From assembly GCF_046119375.1 (NCBI RefSeq), contig NW_027362761.1, forward strand, positions 1,154,192,001 to 1,154,256,000: DNA of 64,000 nt, in the 5' to 3' direction. Made by a program: the position numbers and the translations under genes. Below, one piece after another: positions 63,721 to 64,000 of this stretch (the first letter of the stretch is position 1; each line of letters opens with the position of its first letter). The notes below the pieces were generated by a model that searched no databases, was not told the origin of the DNA, and saw only the letters and a program-made list of their open reading frames with translations. This stretch comes from Phyllobates terribilis. Its lineage: Eukaryota.

Positions 63721-64000
63721 GAGATTTAGTGTAACGGGGGGGAAGATTTGAGGATACAAGTTTGGGGAGCAAGGAGACACAGTAGGTGCTGACACAGTAT
63801 GGTGAGTAAGGGGATGGGTGCGGACACAGTATGAGGAGCGAGGATGATGGGATGTGTGAGGAGGCAGTTTGGAAAGTGAGAGGGTAAATGTACTAGGAGG
63901 GAGGGGAAAATGTGTGAGAAGACTATTGAAGGGAATAGCGTGAGGAAACAGTATGAGGAAAGAAAAGTATGAGTGGGCACAGAATGAAGACTGAGTAGTG

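Overview
Repeat-saturated vertebrate DNA with two N gaps and no confidently identifiable host gene. The TE mix (V-SINE, L2, SB-like Tc1, T2/Kolobok and hAT MITEs, Penelope-like element) suggests a frog genome; this is inference. Boundaries were read by eye from TIRs, LTRs and target-site duplications (TSDs). Main finding: a young, structurally complete LTR retroelement (19840-24699; ~99.6% identical LTRs, GTAC TSD, tRNA-Ser PBS, PPT) with no visible PR/RT/IN/zinc knuckle. Its single long ORF ends in a cold-shock (Y-box/Lin28-like) domain. All six LTRs of this family in the window also carry a second tRNA-Ser-complementary motif inside the LTR, and in one divergent LTR it matches a different tRNA-Ser. 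The element sits in a hAT transposase pseudogene, itself nested in a larger non-autonomous hAT. Other notable structures: a Tc1 TIR with a templated insertion of nearby DNA, a ~575-bp foldback, two Helitrons filled with CCAAT/E2F-like satellite, and several Penelope-type hammerhead motifs.
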